Made by a program: the position numbers and the translations under genes
Notes under the pieces: generated by a model
The model's input: only the letters and a program-made list of their open reading frames with translations
What the model was told of the DNA's origin: nothing
The model's database searches: none
NCBI GenBank assembly: GCA_964187785.1
Contig: OZ076413.1
Coordinates: 41,852,001 to 41,916,000, forward strand
DNA length: 64,000 bases
Source: Amphiscolops sp. MND2022
Taxonomy: Eukaryota
Direction: 5' to 3'
Shown: positions 7,175 to 18,800 of the stretch, in pieces
Numbering within the stretch: the stretch's first letter is position 1
How the letters are laid out: each line of letters opens with the position of its first letter

Positions 7175-7860
7175 GTAGTGGATAAAAGCAAGGCCTACGT
7201 CGCCGCAATATTATGACAATGCGATAAACAGCACGTGACTTTGCTTTTAACCACTACGCTAACAGCGTTGTTTATTTCCATTTATGGAAAGTAATTAAAG
7301 ATGAAAGGGTAACCAGCTGTCAGCTACCCACGCTAATAATCTTTTATGGTTGCATAATTACTCCAATTGAGAGGTTTTCCCAGACTTATCGGCGTCTTTG
7401 CGAGGGAATTTGTTCCACTTGAGTGGTTTTCTCAGACAACGTGGCGTCCCCTGAGGGGAACTTGTTCCACTTGAGCAATTAACTTTGAGGGAGATTAAGA
7501 ATGATTGACAGGTACTTGAGAGGGAACGCTGACGCTAGTGCTTAAATACTTTTTCCTTTTATGGAAGGCTAATCATTCCTTTTATGGTTCAGTGACTCAT
7601 ACCTTCCGTATATGGTTGAATAATTACATAAACCAAGTTTTCAACCATTTTCATTTCATTATTCATTTCACATTTCTACAATCTAGTTGCTTGCTCTCAG
7701 ATTAAATCTTATTACACTTTTCTGTTACAAATCCCGTTGCTTGCTTTCAGAGTTTCAATTTTCTGTTTAATTCTTTTTCCTTGCTTTCAGAGTTACAATT
7801 TTCTGTTCCAATTATATTTGTTTGCTTTCAGATATACAATTGTTACACTTGCTGCTTAAA
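7175..7860. promoter_or_regulatory. Divergent promoter/leader between the accessory block and pPolB: CArG boxes, E-box, AP-1 site, inverted TATA-like motifs, short repeats
   Basis: Perfect CArG at 7278, 7555, 7578; near-CArG at 7340, 7606; CACGTG 7232; TGACTCA 7593; inverted repeat 7175-7191/7241-7257. Confidence 0.7.
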
Positions 7861-10800
7861 ATGCCTGCTCTTGATCGAAATCAAAAAGTTGCGTGTCCCA
7901 ATTGTGGTACCAAAGTATCTAAGCAAAACCTTTCAGTACACAGAAAGAGTTGTTCCGTTGGGACATTATTTTGCTCTCAATGTCCCAATTTCTCAACCAA
8001 GTCCCAAAATGACTTAAATTATCACATTGCAAAGAAACATGGAACTTCCAAGCCCAAAACGACACACACTTGTAAAGTGTGTAAAGAGGAATTCGCTGGT
8101 TTTTATGCACTTCGTCAACACAAAAGTAAAATGCACGGTCTTAACTTGAAAAAAGCTGATTCATCTCCCCTTGTGGATGATATCCATGATGACAGTCTCA
8201 AGGATGAGCTACGTGCGTGTGGACACTTTCTCGTGGACTCTGAATTTGAACGTGGGCGACATAAAGTGTTTAATTACGCTGTTGAGACACTAAACACGGA
8301 AATTGTCAATAAAAAACTTGATCATTTCTTTAACAACTTGAAATGTGCCGCGAAAGTTAACCTCGCATTTGGATTCATTTTAAAAAATTTGGAAGATGGA
8401 CGTTACCGTTATTTTTACGCTCACGAAAACAATACTCTGCTGGATCGATCTCAACTTGTGTGCACCAAAGACGACTTGACAAAATTGAAAAACATTGTCA
8501 ATCAAACTGACGTAATTGAATCTTGTACCAGAGAAAGGATGAATACAAAGTGGAAATTTTACAAGCTCACCAATTTAACTGTGTTTGCTGCTTTGCTCAA
8601 AGACATTCCCATGGGTTGTAGAGATGCTGTACTTCCTGATCCACTATTGAAAAACAAAACTGTGAACTGTTTGACATTCGAGCAGAACACAAGACAACCC
8701 TATAACGACAACTTGTGTTTATTCAGAGCATTAGCACTTCATCTCCACGGAAATGAAAAATTGGAGGAAGAGACTTGCAAATTGTTCAATTGTTATTTGG
8801 AAAAGAAAGGAGGAATAGAACCAGCAACCTTCCAAGGAGTCTGCGTGGACGATATTCCTATTGTTGAAGACCTGATTCAAGTCAATATCTTTCTTTACGA
8901 TATCGATATTGTGGATGGATCAATTGTCGGTGAACTCGCACGGAGGAGTGTTCAGAAGTATTGCAACACTGCCAGATTATTGCGTTACAATAACCACATT
9001 TGCTACGTCTCCAATATCAATGCATTATTAAAAGCTTATCGTTGTTCAACTTGCAACCAGTTTTTCAACAAAACTGGAAACTTGGAACGTCACTTGGTTA
9101 TTTGCAAGGATCGCATCAAACACGTTTATCCAAGAAATGTTTATCAATTGAGGGAAACGCTGTTTGACAAACGGGACTTCTTTTCCATACCTTACACAAA
9201 AGAACAGCAATTGTTCAAAAACTTGGCCATCTTTGACTTTGAATCAATTTGTGTGAGAGAGGATCAATTCAGGGATACCGAGACAACACAGTGGATTGGG
9301 AAGCATGTGCCAGTATCTGTATCTATATCGTCCAACTTGATTGAAACCCCAATATTTCTTTGCAATTCCAACCCGCGAGATTTGGTTGAGTCATTTGTTG
9401 TTGCTCTTGAGAGTTTAGCCGCACAGAGCAAAGCTCAAATGAAGCTACAGTTTATAGATATTGAGACTAGCATCAAAAGCCGTCTCAATACAATTTTTGC
9501 TATACTGAATGAACGACGCGGTCCACGAGAAACTGTGTTGGAATTTGAAGATGAGTGTCTTGAGGAAGATGAAAAAGATGCTTCTACTCAGTTCCTGCAA
9601 ATGCAAAAGAATCAACTTATTGACTTGCAGGAACACTTGGAGAGATATTGCAACGTGTTACCAGTCTTTGGCTTCAATAGTTCCAAATACGACATTAACC
9701 TTATCAAGCGTTATTTGTTACCCTTATTGGTTAACGAGAGAGAGCTGGAGCCAACAGTAATTAAAAAAGCGAATCAATTTGTCTCTTTCAAGTTTGGAGA
9801 TGTTCAGTTGCTTGACATTTTAAATTTTTTGGGCGGAGCAACCAGCCTTGATTCTTTCCTCAAAGCTTACAAGACGTCAGAGACAAAAGGTTATTTCCCA
9901 TACGAATGGTTCGACTGTCCTGAGAAGCTAAATGATACACAATTACCTCCGTATGAATCATTTTTCAACAAGTTGCGAAATTGCAACCCTCTGGAGAGTG
10001 AATATACTGACTATGAAAAATTGCTCAAGAGTGGTTCAACACCAGAGTCTGCACTGGTAAAGTTGCGGTTGAGTCAACCTCCTCCCACAGGCAAGCAAAA
10101 TTATGAGTATCTCGTCAGTATATGGGAGACTGAGAAAATGACAACGTTCAAAGACTTTTTACGCTGGTACAATAACAAGGACGTCGTTCCCAAGCTAGAG
10201 GCTATGCACAAAATGATTGCATTTTACCACCACAAGGGAATCGATATGTTGAAGCTTGGTTGTACCTTGCCCAATTTAGCCAACATATGTCTCCACAAGT
10301 CAACGAATGCGAAATTTTATCCTTTCACAGAGAACGATAAGGACTTGCTTGAAAAGATACGAGACGATATGGTTGGTGGTCCGTCCATTGTGTTTACAAG
10401 AAAAGCTGTTGTGAACGAGACGCATATCCGGAATTCGGCAAACGTTTGCAAGTCAATAGTGGGCATTGATGCTAGTCAGCTTTACCCCTTCTCAATGTGC
10501 CAGGAAATGCCTACTGGTCTATACACGCGATGGGATCTCGATCCAGAGTCTGGTAGATTCAGACCTCGCCAGAACAAGACGAGGAGCTTTGAGAACATGG
10601 TAATGTCTTACTATCAACGAATCAGACCAGACTGTAAAATTGTCAGCTTTTACACCACAGGAACACAGAAAAAGATTGACTGCTTCAGCGTTGACGGGTT
10701 CTGTGAACATTGTAACACTGTATTTGAAGCTATGGGGTGTTATTATCATTACTGTCCATGTCAAGAAGCACGTCCTTCTCTTACAGAGGAAGATATTCAG

Positions 10801-12195
10801 AGGGGAACGAAAAAGAGAGAGATGGATGAGTTGCGAAGACATTACTTAATGGAAAAGGGGTATACAGTTATGGAAATGTATGAGTGTGAGTGGTGGCACC
10901 TTTACAAAACCAACGATTTAGTCAAGCAGCATTTACGTCAGTCTTTCCCCTACAAAATACCTCTCAGCGAAGAGAGATTGTTGGAGAGAATCAAGAATGG
11001 AAGCCTCTTTGGATATGTTCAGTGTGATATTGAAGTTCCTCCAGAGCTCCGCGAACAGTTTGCTAACTTTCCTCCAATCTTTAAAAATATTAATGTGGGC
11101 AGAGATGATATTGGATCGTTGATGAAAAATTATGCTGAACAAGAAGGACTTTTATCGCAACCGAGGAGAATGTTAATTTCCAGCTATTCGTTGGAGAATG
11201 GAACACTAATTACACCTCTGTTACTCTTTTACTTGAGCTTGGGGTTGGTATGTAAAAAGATTTATCGATTTGTTCAGTATACCCCCAAGAAATGCTTCAA
11301 CAAATTTGTTCAGTCCGCAGTCGATGCAAGAAGAGAAGGAGATGAGAATCCCAACTCCAGTGTTGTAGCGGAGACAATGAAGCTGCTCGCAAACAGTTCG
11401 TACGGCTATCAAATTATGGATAGGAGTCGTCACACTGTCACAAAGTATTTATGCGACGAAAAAGTTCACGCAGCTATTAACAACAAAATGTTCAAGAGAC
11501 TGAATATTATCGATGAGAAGTTGTACGAGGTGGAGCTTGTAAAGTCTGAGATTGAGCACAGGGAACCAATCATTGTTGGATTCTTCATTCTGCAATATGC
11601 TAAATTGAGAATGTTGGAGCTCTATTACAACTTCTTCGTCAAGTATTGTGACATTAATAAGTTTGAGGAGCTTGAAATGGATACAGACTCACTTTATCTT
11701 GCATTAGCTGAAAATGAATTGTATGACTGTATTCGCCCTGATAAAAAACGAGAGTGGATAGATCTCCGTTCTTCGGATTGTGCAGACGACTTCATAGCCA
11801 ATGCAACAACGAATTTCTTTCCCCGTACTTGCTGCACAAAACACAAAAAACATGACAAGCGCGAACCTGGACTCTTCAAGGAAGAATTTCGTTGCACAGA
11901 AATGTTGTGTCTGTGCAGCAAGACGTATTGCTGTTATGATTCCCAATCAGAAAAATTCAAGTTTAGCAGCAAAGGATTAAACAAGAGAACACTTGAAAGC
12001 AGCGGCGACGGACCAATGTCCAAATATAGAAAAGTATTAGAAGAGACACTCAACGTGACGTCAACTAATCGTGGTTTTCGTGTAATTGATCACAATGTTG
12101 GTACTTACGAACAAACAAAAAAGGGACTCTCTTATTTTTATCCTAAGCGTATTGTTCAGGACGATGGAATTCACACTCGTCCACTGAATATTTGA
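7861..12195 (+). CDS. Protein-primed family B DNA polymerase with N-terminal Zn fingers, an OTU-like segment and a Vsr-like nuclease insertion
   Basis: Uninterrupted ORF from ATG 7861. Exo I IFDFES, Exo II FNSSKYD, Exo III YNNKD, pol A DASQLYP, pol B KLLANSSYG, pol C MDTDS; DNLCLFRAL (OTU-like); VDGFC..VFEAMGCYYH (Vsr-like). Confidence 0.96.
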   Translation: MPALDRNQKVACPNCGTKVSKQNLSVHRKSCSVGTLFCSQCPNFSTKSQNDLNYHIAKKHGTSKPKTTHTCKVCKEEFAGFYALRQHKSKMHGLNLKKADSSPLVDDIHDDSLKDELRACGHFLVDSEFERGRHKVFNYAVETLNTEIVNKKLDHFFNNLKCAAKVNLAFGFILKNLEDGRYRYFYAHENNTLLDRSQLVCTKDDLTKLKNIVNQTDVIESCTRERMNTKWKFYKLTNLTVFAALLKDIPMGCRDAVLPDPLLKNKTVNCLTFEQNTRQPYNDNLCLFRALALHLHGNEKLEEETCKLFNCYLEKKGGIEPATFQGVCVDDIPIVEDLIQVNIFLYDIDIVDGSIVGELARRSVQKYCNTARLLRYNNHICYVSNINALLKAYRCSTCNQFFNKTGNLERHLVICKDRIKHVYPRNVYQLRETLFDKRDFFSIPYTKEQQLFKNLAIFDFESICVREDQFRDTETTQWIGKHVPVSVSISSNLIETPIFLCNSNPRDLVESFVVALESLAAQSKAQMKLQFIDIETSIKSRLNTIFAILNERRGPRETVLEFEDECLEEDEKDASTQFLQMQKNQLIDLQEHLERYCNVLPVFGFNSSKYDINLIKRYLLPLLVNERELEPTVIKKANQFVSFKFGDVQLLDILNFLGGATSLDSFLKAYKTSETKGYFPYEWFDCPEKLNDTQLPPYESFFNKLRNCNPLESEYTDYEKLLKSGSTPESALVKLRLSQPPPTGKQNYEYLVSIWETEKMTTFKDFLRWYNNKDVVPKLEAMHKMIAFYHHKGIDMLKLGCTLPNLANICLHKSTNAKFYPFTENDKDLLEKIRDDMVGGPSIVFTRKAVVNETHIRNSANVCKSIVGIDASQLYPFSMCQEMPTGLYTRWDLDPESGRFRPRQNKTRSFENMVMSYYQRIRPDCKIVSFYTTGTQKKIDCFSVDGFCEHCNTVFEAMGCYYHYCPCQEARPSLTEEDIQRGTKKREMDELRRHYLMEKGYTVMEMYECEWWHLYKTNDLVKQHLRQSFPYKIPLSEERLLERIKNGSLFGYVQCDIEVPPELREQFANFPPIFKNINVGRDDIGSLMKNYAEQEGLLSQPRRMLISSYSLENGTLITPLLLFYLSLGLVCKKIYRFVQYTPKKCFNKFVQSAVDARREGDENPNSSVVAETMKLLANSSYGYQIMDRSRHTVTKYLCDEKVHAAINNKMFKRLNIIDEKLYEVELVKSEIEHREPIIVGFFILQYAKLRMLELYYNFFVKYCDINKFEELEMDTDSLYLALAENELYDCIRPDKKREWIDLRSSDCADDFIANATTNFFPRTCCTKHKKHDKREPGLFKEEFRCTEMLCLCSKTYCCYDSQSEKFKFSSKGLNKRTLESSGDGPMSKYRKVLEETLNVTSTNRGFRVIDHNVGTYEQTKKGLSYFYPKRIVQDDGIHTRPLNI

Positions 12196-12299
12196 TGATG
12201 TTGTACATTATAAAATTACTTTTGTAATACATTTATACATTCTAATTTAAATTTTTTTCTAATTAAACTAGATTTTTTTCCTCAACGTATAGTAGTCAA

Positions 12300-12824
12300 G
12301 TAATGAGCTAAACCTTTATGGCGGATAAATTATTCCGCAGGCGGATAAAATATTACGGTGGCGGATAAAATATTCCGCAGGCGGATAAAATATTGCGGGG
12401 GCGGGTAAAATTATTCCCGCGGGCGGTCGTGGCCACCAAAAAATCAATTTTTACCCAAAGTCTCACAGTGCCGAAAATGTCGCACAGTGCCGAAAAACCC
12501 TATTTCCTACCTTAAAACATTACCGAAGCTATTCTCTATCTTTATACATTGAACACATCTTTATACATTGACAATCACTCGGCTCAATACCTTAATACAT
12601 TGAGTCAAGTCGTCAGAATCGTGCAAAAGTACACGACTCGAGTCGTCAGCCAATCAGAATCGAGCACGACTGCACCCAATGGGTATACACCCACACTACA
12701 CGAGTCGAGCCTATGCGAATCCAGGGGTTCAAGACCCTTCTCGGCTCTCGGCTCGCTATAGCCTATCTTAAAACATAGGGTCTTGAACCCCCCCCCCACC
12801 TGATCAGCTCGCACATATACTACT
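12300..12824. repeat. Right terminal inverted repeat region of the Maverick (inner boundary approximate)
   Basis: GC-richer noncoding region with five 20-bp repeats (12321-12421), a 15-bp hairpin (12724-12791) and the ACTACT end. Confidence 0.7.
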
Positions 12825-15800
12825 CATGACGTTATTTTGATGAAAGACAACGATCTCCAACTAATTTCCTCATGCTCCCTACACAGTGCAATTTGAAAGC
12901 GCAAAATTTGTGGAAAAATTCAGAGAATTTCATCAGTCTCTCCGCAACTTCCAGCTCGCCCTACGAACTTTGAAGACGCCGTTAATTATGGGCTTTATAG
13001 TTTATTATCTCGAAAATTACGAGTCGGATGTAAAAAAAATTCCCGTACTAAATTTTTAGCCGTAACAACGTTAATTAGTTTTTGTTTTCAACACATTTCT
13101 TGAAAATGGTTTCTTTAAAGTCAATCGAATACAGATTTATCTTTACGAAACAAATTCGAAACAAAAACTTTACGGAGTAAAAATTGAAGTACTCGCATTT
13201 TCTGATCGTTTTGTGGTGTAACTTCTCAAGGAGAGAATTTTCAGAAAAAGTGTTCAAAATCAAAGTTAAGAAAATTGAATGAAATGTAGAAAATTGTTTT
13301 TGTTACGTACAGCGGTTTTCAAAATCTTATATTAGAGGCTTCGAAGACTTGTCAAAAGTTAAAAATAATCTAATGAAAACAAAAAATTATTGCAATATTG
13401 TTCAAAATTGGAGAAAATTTTGATCCTGCGACTTTTCTGCCAGTTAAATTAGTACAAATTTATTGCCTATTGACTTTTTTGATGGCAAATTTTATTGTCT
13501 TCTAGAGACTTTTTGGTACCTTAGAGTAACAGTGTTTGATTTGAAGTAAATTTTTGTAGTTTTTGTCATTTTTACTGGTCTTTGTAATAAACCATTCGCA
13601 TTAAGAATCCGTTGTTTTTGTTTCTCTCAGCCGTGTTTTTTTCTCCCAACTGTTGAACCAAGGTGCGTAGGTTTTTTGTAAAGAGTATTCAATATAAATG
13701 AGCTAATAAACAATGTATGTAACTAGATCACAGCCTAAGCGCAAAAACGGTGAACAATTAAAATGACTTTTCGAAACTTTAATTGGAGGCATTTATGCTC
13801 ATAAAAGGGCATTTCTACTATTTTTCTTGTGACTTGATGACTGTTTGTCTGCAGACATAACAGTTTTATTCAAATTTTGATGCCCTTAGTTCATAAGAAC
13901 GTTACTTTGAACAAGATTCATATTGATTGGCGTTTTAGCTACTTTAACTGTGTTGTTTCTTATTTACTGTTCAATCATTACATAGACCCGTGATTCCATT
14001 TTTTTTTTCAATTTAAGACGTCGTTGTCTTATTGGTATTCGTCTTTTGAGAGAGAGTATTGAGAGAATATAAATCCAATTTTGCCCATTTAAGGTAAAAA
14101 TTCTAAATTTTTATATACTAAACTATTTGCTTCTACAAAATGGAAATAAATATAAATAAAGAAATATAAATAAATAAATAAATATAAATAAATATATATC
14201 ATCAACTCTGTCTCTTTTGGACAAAACAATATTGGATAACAAAACAAGTGACAATCAATTTATTTCTGAATTGTCAGAGTTTATAAAGTACAGGTATCCA
14301 TGATTTTTATAATTTTATAGGTTTGTTGTTTTGATTGATCTCTTAACATTTTACAACCATTTTCTCAGACCAGGAGCGAGAAAACACTATTTTTTGTGGC
14401 TCCATTTATTTAAGATTGTAAAGCTGCGTTTTTTGCACAAATAAAAGTACGGTTCTCACCTTTTGTAGTGGTAATATATCACACGCTAGTTTTTAATTTT
14501 TACAACAGAAAGACCTTTTGTAAGTAATTTATAACCTTCTTTTATCAAACGTGCGTACACCACACATATGTTGAAAAGTAGCTCTGTGATGATTAAACAC
14601 CATTTTTGCCAGTGGGAGTAAAAATAGCACCGTAAGCTGCGTAAGTTGATTATAATTCCCAGATGATTTGCATGTTTGTGAAGAACGGTAGGAAAAATAA
14701 TTCCCGCGCCAGCTCATCCACTTAATCCCAAGTCTGGTCACGTGCGACGTAAATGAATTGGGGATATTTGAGAGGCGTTTGTGGAATTATCAAAAAGAAG
14801 TCATTTTCCTTCAAAGCTGCGGTGTCACTAACCACAACAGGTTTAGAATTTCACTTCAGTTATAATCTCTAAAATATTCTTCATACCATCCCACATTTAT
14901 TGAGCAATCTCTCCAGACACCCTAAGTGGCTATTTACTATTTCCTACATTTCTTTTTCATTCCTTTACTCGCAAATTGCATCCAACCTTCAGGTTATAAT
15001 ACAAAACTGCATAATTTGGAACTGTGAATGGAATTCTTGAGTTTAAAACAGCAAAACGTGGACCAACCACGTTGGTTCATATCTATCATTCAAGATCTCA
15101 TTATTTATGTTCACATTACGCTAACAAGGTCTGGAATTTCAAAACTGTCGAAGCACATTTTTGCTAGCAGCAACATTTTAGCTGGTACATTTTGTACGCA
15201 TATGAGCCCAAAAATTACAGAGATTTTTTCTGTCGAGAGCGCAGGCTCACTCTAAATGGCCCCGCATTTTAACAGATTTTTAGCCCAAGACTCAAAAAAC
15301 ATCTCTTTTTGATTATTTTACAATTTTATTTAAACTATAAAAGTGCATGAGATCAAAAGTCTCCTTTTTACTTTTTTTTGCACTGGGCAAAAATCTTTCA
15401 ACAAAAGGGCCCCTCCTCTGTTTTGATACTCTACGTCAGAAAAGAACTTTTCTTGGGTTCGGATATTTTTGGGACTGTGAAAGCTTTCAGAACTTTCCTA
15501 AGAACATTGCAACAATTGATTGATCGCATCAATACCTTTTTAAAGCACTGAATAGGCCATACAGTGACAAGGTCAGCTGGTAAAAAGAAAAAAGAATAAA
15601 ACTCATTTTTCGTTGCAAGTCTCGACCAAATAAGGCCCAACAACTTTGATTTAGCTTTAGAGGTTTGTTGAGTTCCATCTCGGGGCTCTCGTTGGCATCT
15701 ATTAACGCTTCTAATATCTTTTCAACAGATTTGACTCTTTCGTGGGGGTTTTCGGACTGATTGTAGTCAATACGCTACTTTTGTACTTTTGCGGGGTGTT

Positions 15801-18800
15801 ATCTCTCATATACCATATCAGCGGTTTCAAGTTACAGGATATGAGGAGTTCAGTAATACCTTGGTCTTATCTACCATTTTGCGACAACTTGTATTCAATA
15901 TTTTCTAACTTGTACGCTGTGAAAGCGCTCTTCCGCCTTTTGATTAGTTTGCTCCATCTAGTTTCGTGAGTACCTCACCGATTTCCTTCAGATGTCCAGT
16001 AACCTCTAAATTCAAGGGCAGTTGAAGGCTGATCAAAATCCGTTTTTTTCAATTACTTGCAAACTGAATAGTTGCTCACTTGTTTTTCATAGATACAATT
16101 TTTGCCTGGTATCAAAATATTCAAGTCGTCAAATACAAGGCTTTGCAATATTTTTTGTTCACTGTTTCAAGAGGTCTCTGAAAACAAATACGACGCTTAC
16201 AAAACTCGGCGCCCCGCGCAAGGCACAAAAGTGTACCCGGGGACGTGGTTTTAGTATCACTTATTGAATAAAGATTTTGCGAAAATCCAAAAAAGTCATA
16301 GTGCTGAATACCTGACCCTAAAGCAACTTTACAATGGACGCAAATTATGTGATTTTTTTGGGCAAAATCAATAACCTTTTACGAGGAATGAAAACGTCAT
16401 ATCCTGTTTTTGGAAATGTTCTACCCAAATTTATGTACGTGTCAGAAGTTTATTAGACTTTTTTACTTACCACTTAGACCATCGACGTTGCTACTAAATT
16501 TTTCCGCAGCTGAATGCTCTTTCTAATGTTTTGCGTGCATCACTGACAATTTCATTATTATACATTTTTTTCACCGAGAAATGAGCTTTCGAAAATCAGG
16601 AAAAGTTTTCAACATTTTTTTCTCAAAATTTTCAGAAATCTCGAATTTGAACTTCCTTTATTTCTCAATTGCAAACTCACGCGGGAACCGATTATTCGTT
16701 GGAACTTTGACCAGTCACTAAGGTAAAAATTTGTCAAAAAAATGAAGCGCCTTTCGTTTCGATGATTTTTGCCGGAAAAAAATGAATATTTTTTATTCAT
16801 TTTGTTTTGTTTTGAAATCCTACTTCTAGGACTTTAAACTGATACGTTATCCAAGTTTCAAAAAGCAGAAATTCAAGAATCCAAACTAAATTTTGGCACA
16901 TTGTTTTGAGAAAATTGACCGACTTTTCTTTGCAAAAAAAATACATGGAGAAATCCATAATTTCCGTCTTTTCCTTTTTTGAATATGTTACGTGTTGTGG
17001 ATTCGTAGGAGAACAGTCTTTTCGTTAAAACTAGAATATTGTCGAAAAACGTTCGTGTCGTTACTTTGTTTGCAGAAATAAAATGAAAAGAATTTTTATC
17101 AATTTTACCAAGATTTATCAATCTTGGACTTGCGAACTCATACGATTTCCAGGTTTAGGTGCACAGTACTACCAGTACCCAAGGTAACAAGAACCCAAGC
17201 TAACACGATACCAAGATCCAAAGCTAACAAGTAACCAAGATTGCCTTCATAGTTTTTTGCACAAAATATGTAAAAAATTCCAAAATTTTAGGATTTTCGA
17301 GATTCAAAATCAAGTATAGCTATCTGAGACCGGGTCTAAGCCGAATTTTTAGCAACATGATTTTCGGAGGTTCTGGGGCAATATTGATAACATTGAGCCT
17401 GTGTGATCGAAGCCCAGCGTGACATTTCGTCGAGCCTATGTTTTTGTTGAATACGTTTTGCAACAAAACAATTGAAATCTAGTCAAATTTGGAAACGAAC
17501 AAAAGTTTGAAACCGAATTTACTTAAATTACCAACCGGCGTGACTATTTAGACTCGGAAAACCCGTTTTACCCGTCCGATTTAAAAAACTTAAGAGTGAA
17601 AACCTAGTGCATAAGAAAAATTGCACAGGGCGAAAAAAGCCGTGTGAGTTTTCCACATTCATGAAAATGACCATTGAGAAAACTCTCATCAGTCCCATGC
17701 TACCATAAAATAACTAAAGAGGTCACCTTTAGACTCTGAAAATGGGTTTCCTAAAGATTAAACCCCCAATAAGCGTTTTAGCTAAAAAAAAACATTCTTC
17801 GGCAAGTATTTTGTGCCAAAATATCCTCAGAGTGCCCCTATGATCAAAAAACGTTTTTACTGGCCAAAATTGAAAAAAGACCCCAGAAAAAACCGCACAT
17901 TTCCAAAACAATCCCAAAGGGAGACATTTCGGCTTCCCTTCTACATTTGCGAGCATAAAATTTTTTTGGTCCAATAGAGACCCACCTACACGCAGTGGAA
18001 CTCACTCGCCCACTAGCAAAACTCGTGTGAATTTCTACGCCAAATAGAAAGTAGTTTCCAGATTTCACCAGCATCTAATAGCTATCAGCAGAGATTGGAG
18101 AAAAATGTCTGTGCTAAATTCAAGATTTTTCATTCAAGTAAAGATTGTCCTAATCTCTGAGACATGAATCTGATCCTGAGACAAAGTTTGTAATTCATGA
18201 AAAAATCTTTTACATCAAAGAGAGGCATGTTTCAGCTATGTCAAAAGTCTAAAAGAGAAGTGCAATCGATATTTAGAATTGATAGGCAGGGCAACTTTTG
18301 GATAGCTAAGAAATGACGTCATGAAATGTAAATTCACTTTTCAAGATTTGGTTTCCTCCTAATTTACTTTTGCTCCGACTATTTTTCCCGGAAGGCATTT
18401 TAAGCACACTTTTTCGTACGAGTAAATAAACTTTATATAGTAAATGGTAAAAGCAATATATCGAAATTTTTCCGCATTTTAAGTCAGGAAGAGCCTCAGA
18501 AAAAAATTTTCTCTACAGAGATGAAACGCTGGTCATAAAAAGATTATTAGATTGGACTTTATAATCAGCAAATTCAGAGTCTAAGAGACGTCGGAACAAT
18601 GAAAAATTGAAGATCAACATCTTTTTCGTTTGTTTTTGCGTTTCAGTTTTTTCTACAATAATAATATTTCCTTATCAAGTAATGAGCTTGCATTGAAGTC
18701 ATAACTATAAAATCAAATCAAATAAGACAGTCATTGTTATTCTCAGACATGATGATACAAGCAAACAGTTATGAGCTGCTAATATTTTTAACACAATAAT

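Larger units (their letters stand above)
1..12824. mobile_element. Maverick/Polinton (adintovirus-like) endogenous element, right-hand part; the left part (integrase, capsid, protease) lies outside the window
   Basis: pPolB, packaging ATPase and typical small Maverick ORFs in a compact intronless array. Ends ...ATATACTACT at 12824 (reverse complement AGTAGTATAT, the canonical Polinton terminus). Candidate 6-bp TSD CATGAC at 12825-12830. Confidence 0.93.

Noticed and set aside
7822..7860. TTG start for pPolB given in the ORF track
   Set aside because: Lies in a leader repeat; AAAATG at 7861 is the plausible eukaryotic start
12291..12296. Internal AGTAGT as the left end of a 534-bp mini-Polinton
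   Set aside because: Only 6 bp match the right terminus, and the flanks (ACGTAT vs CATGAC) are not a TSD
15431..16267. Possible next dynein exon or other gene
   Set aside because: Frames contain stops and show no similarity to the expected dynein continuation; maybe a decayed element, not classifiable
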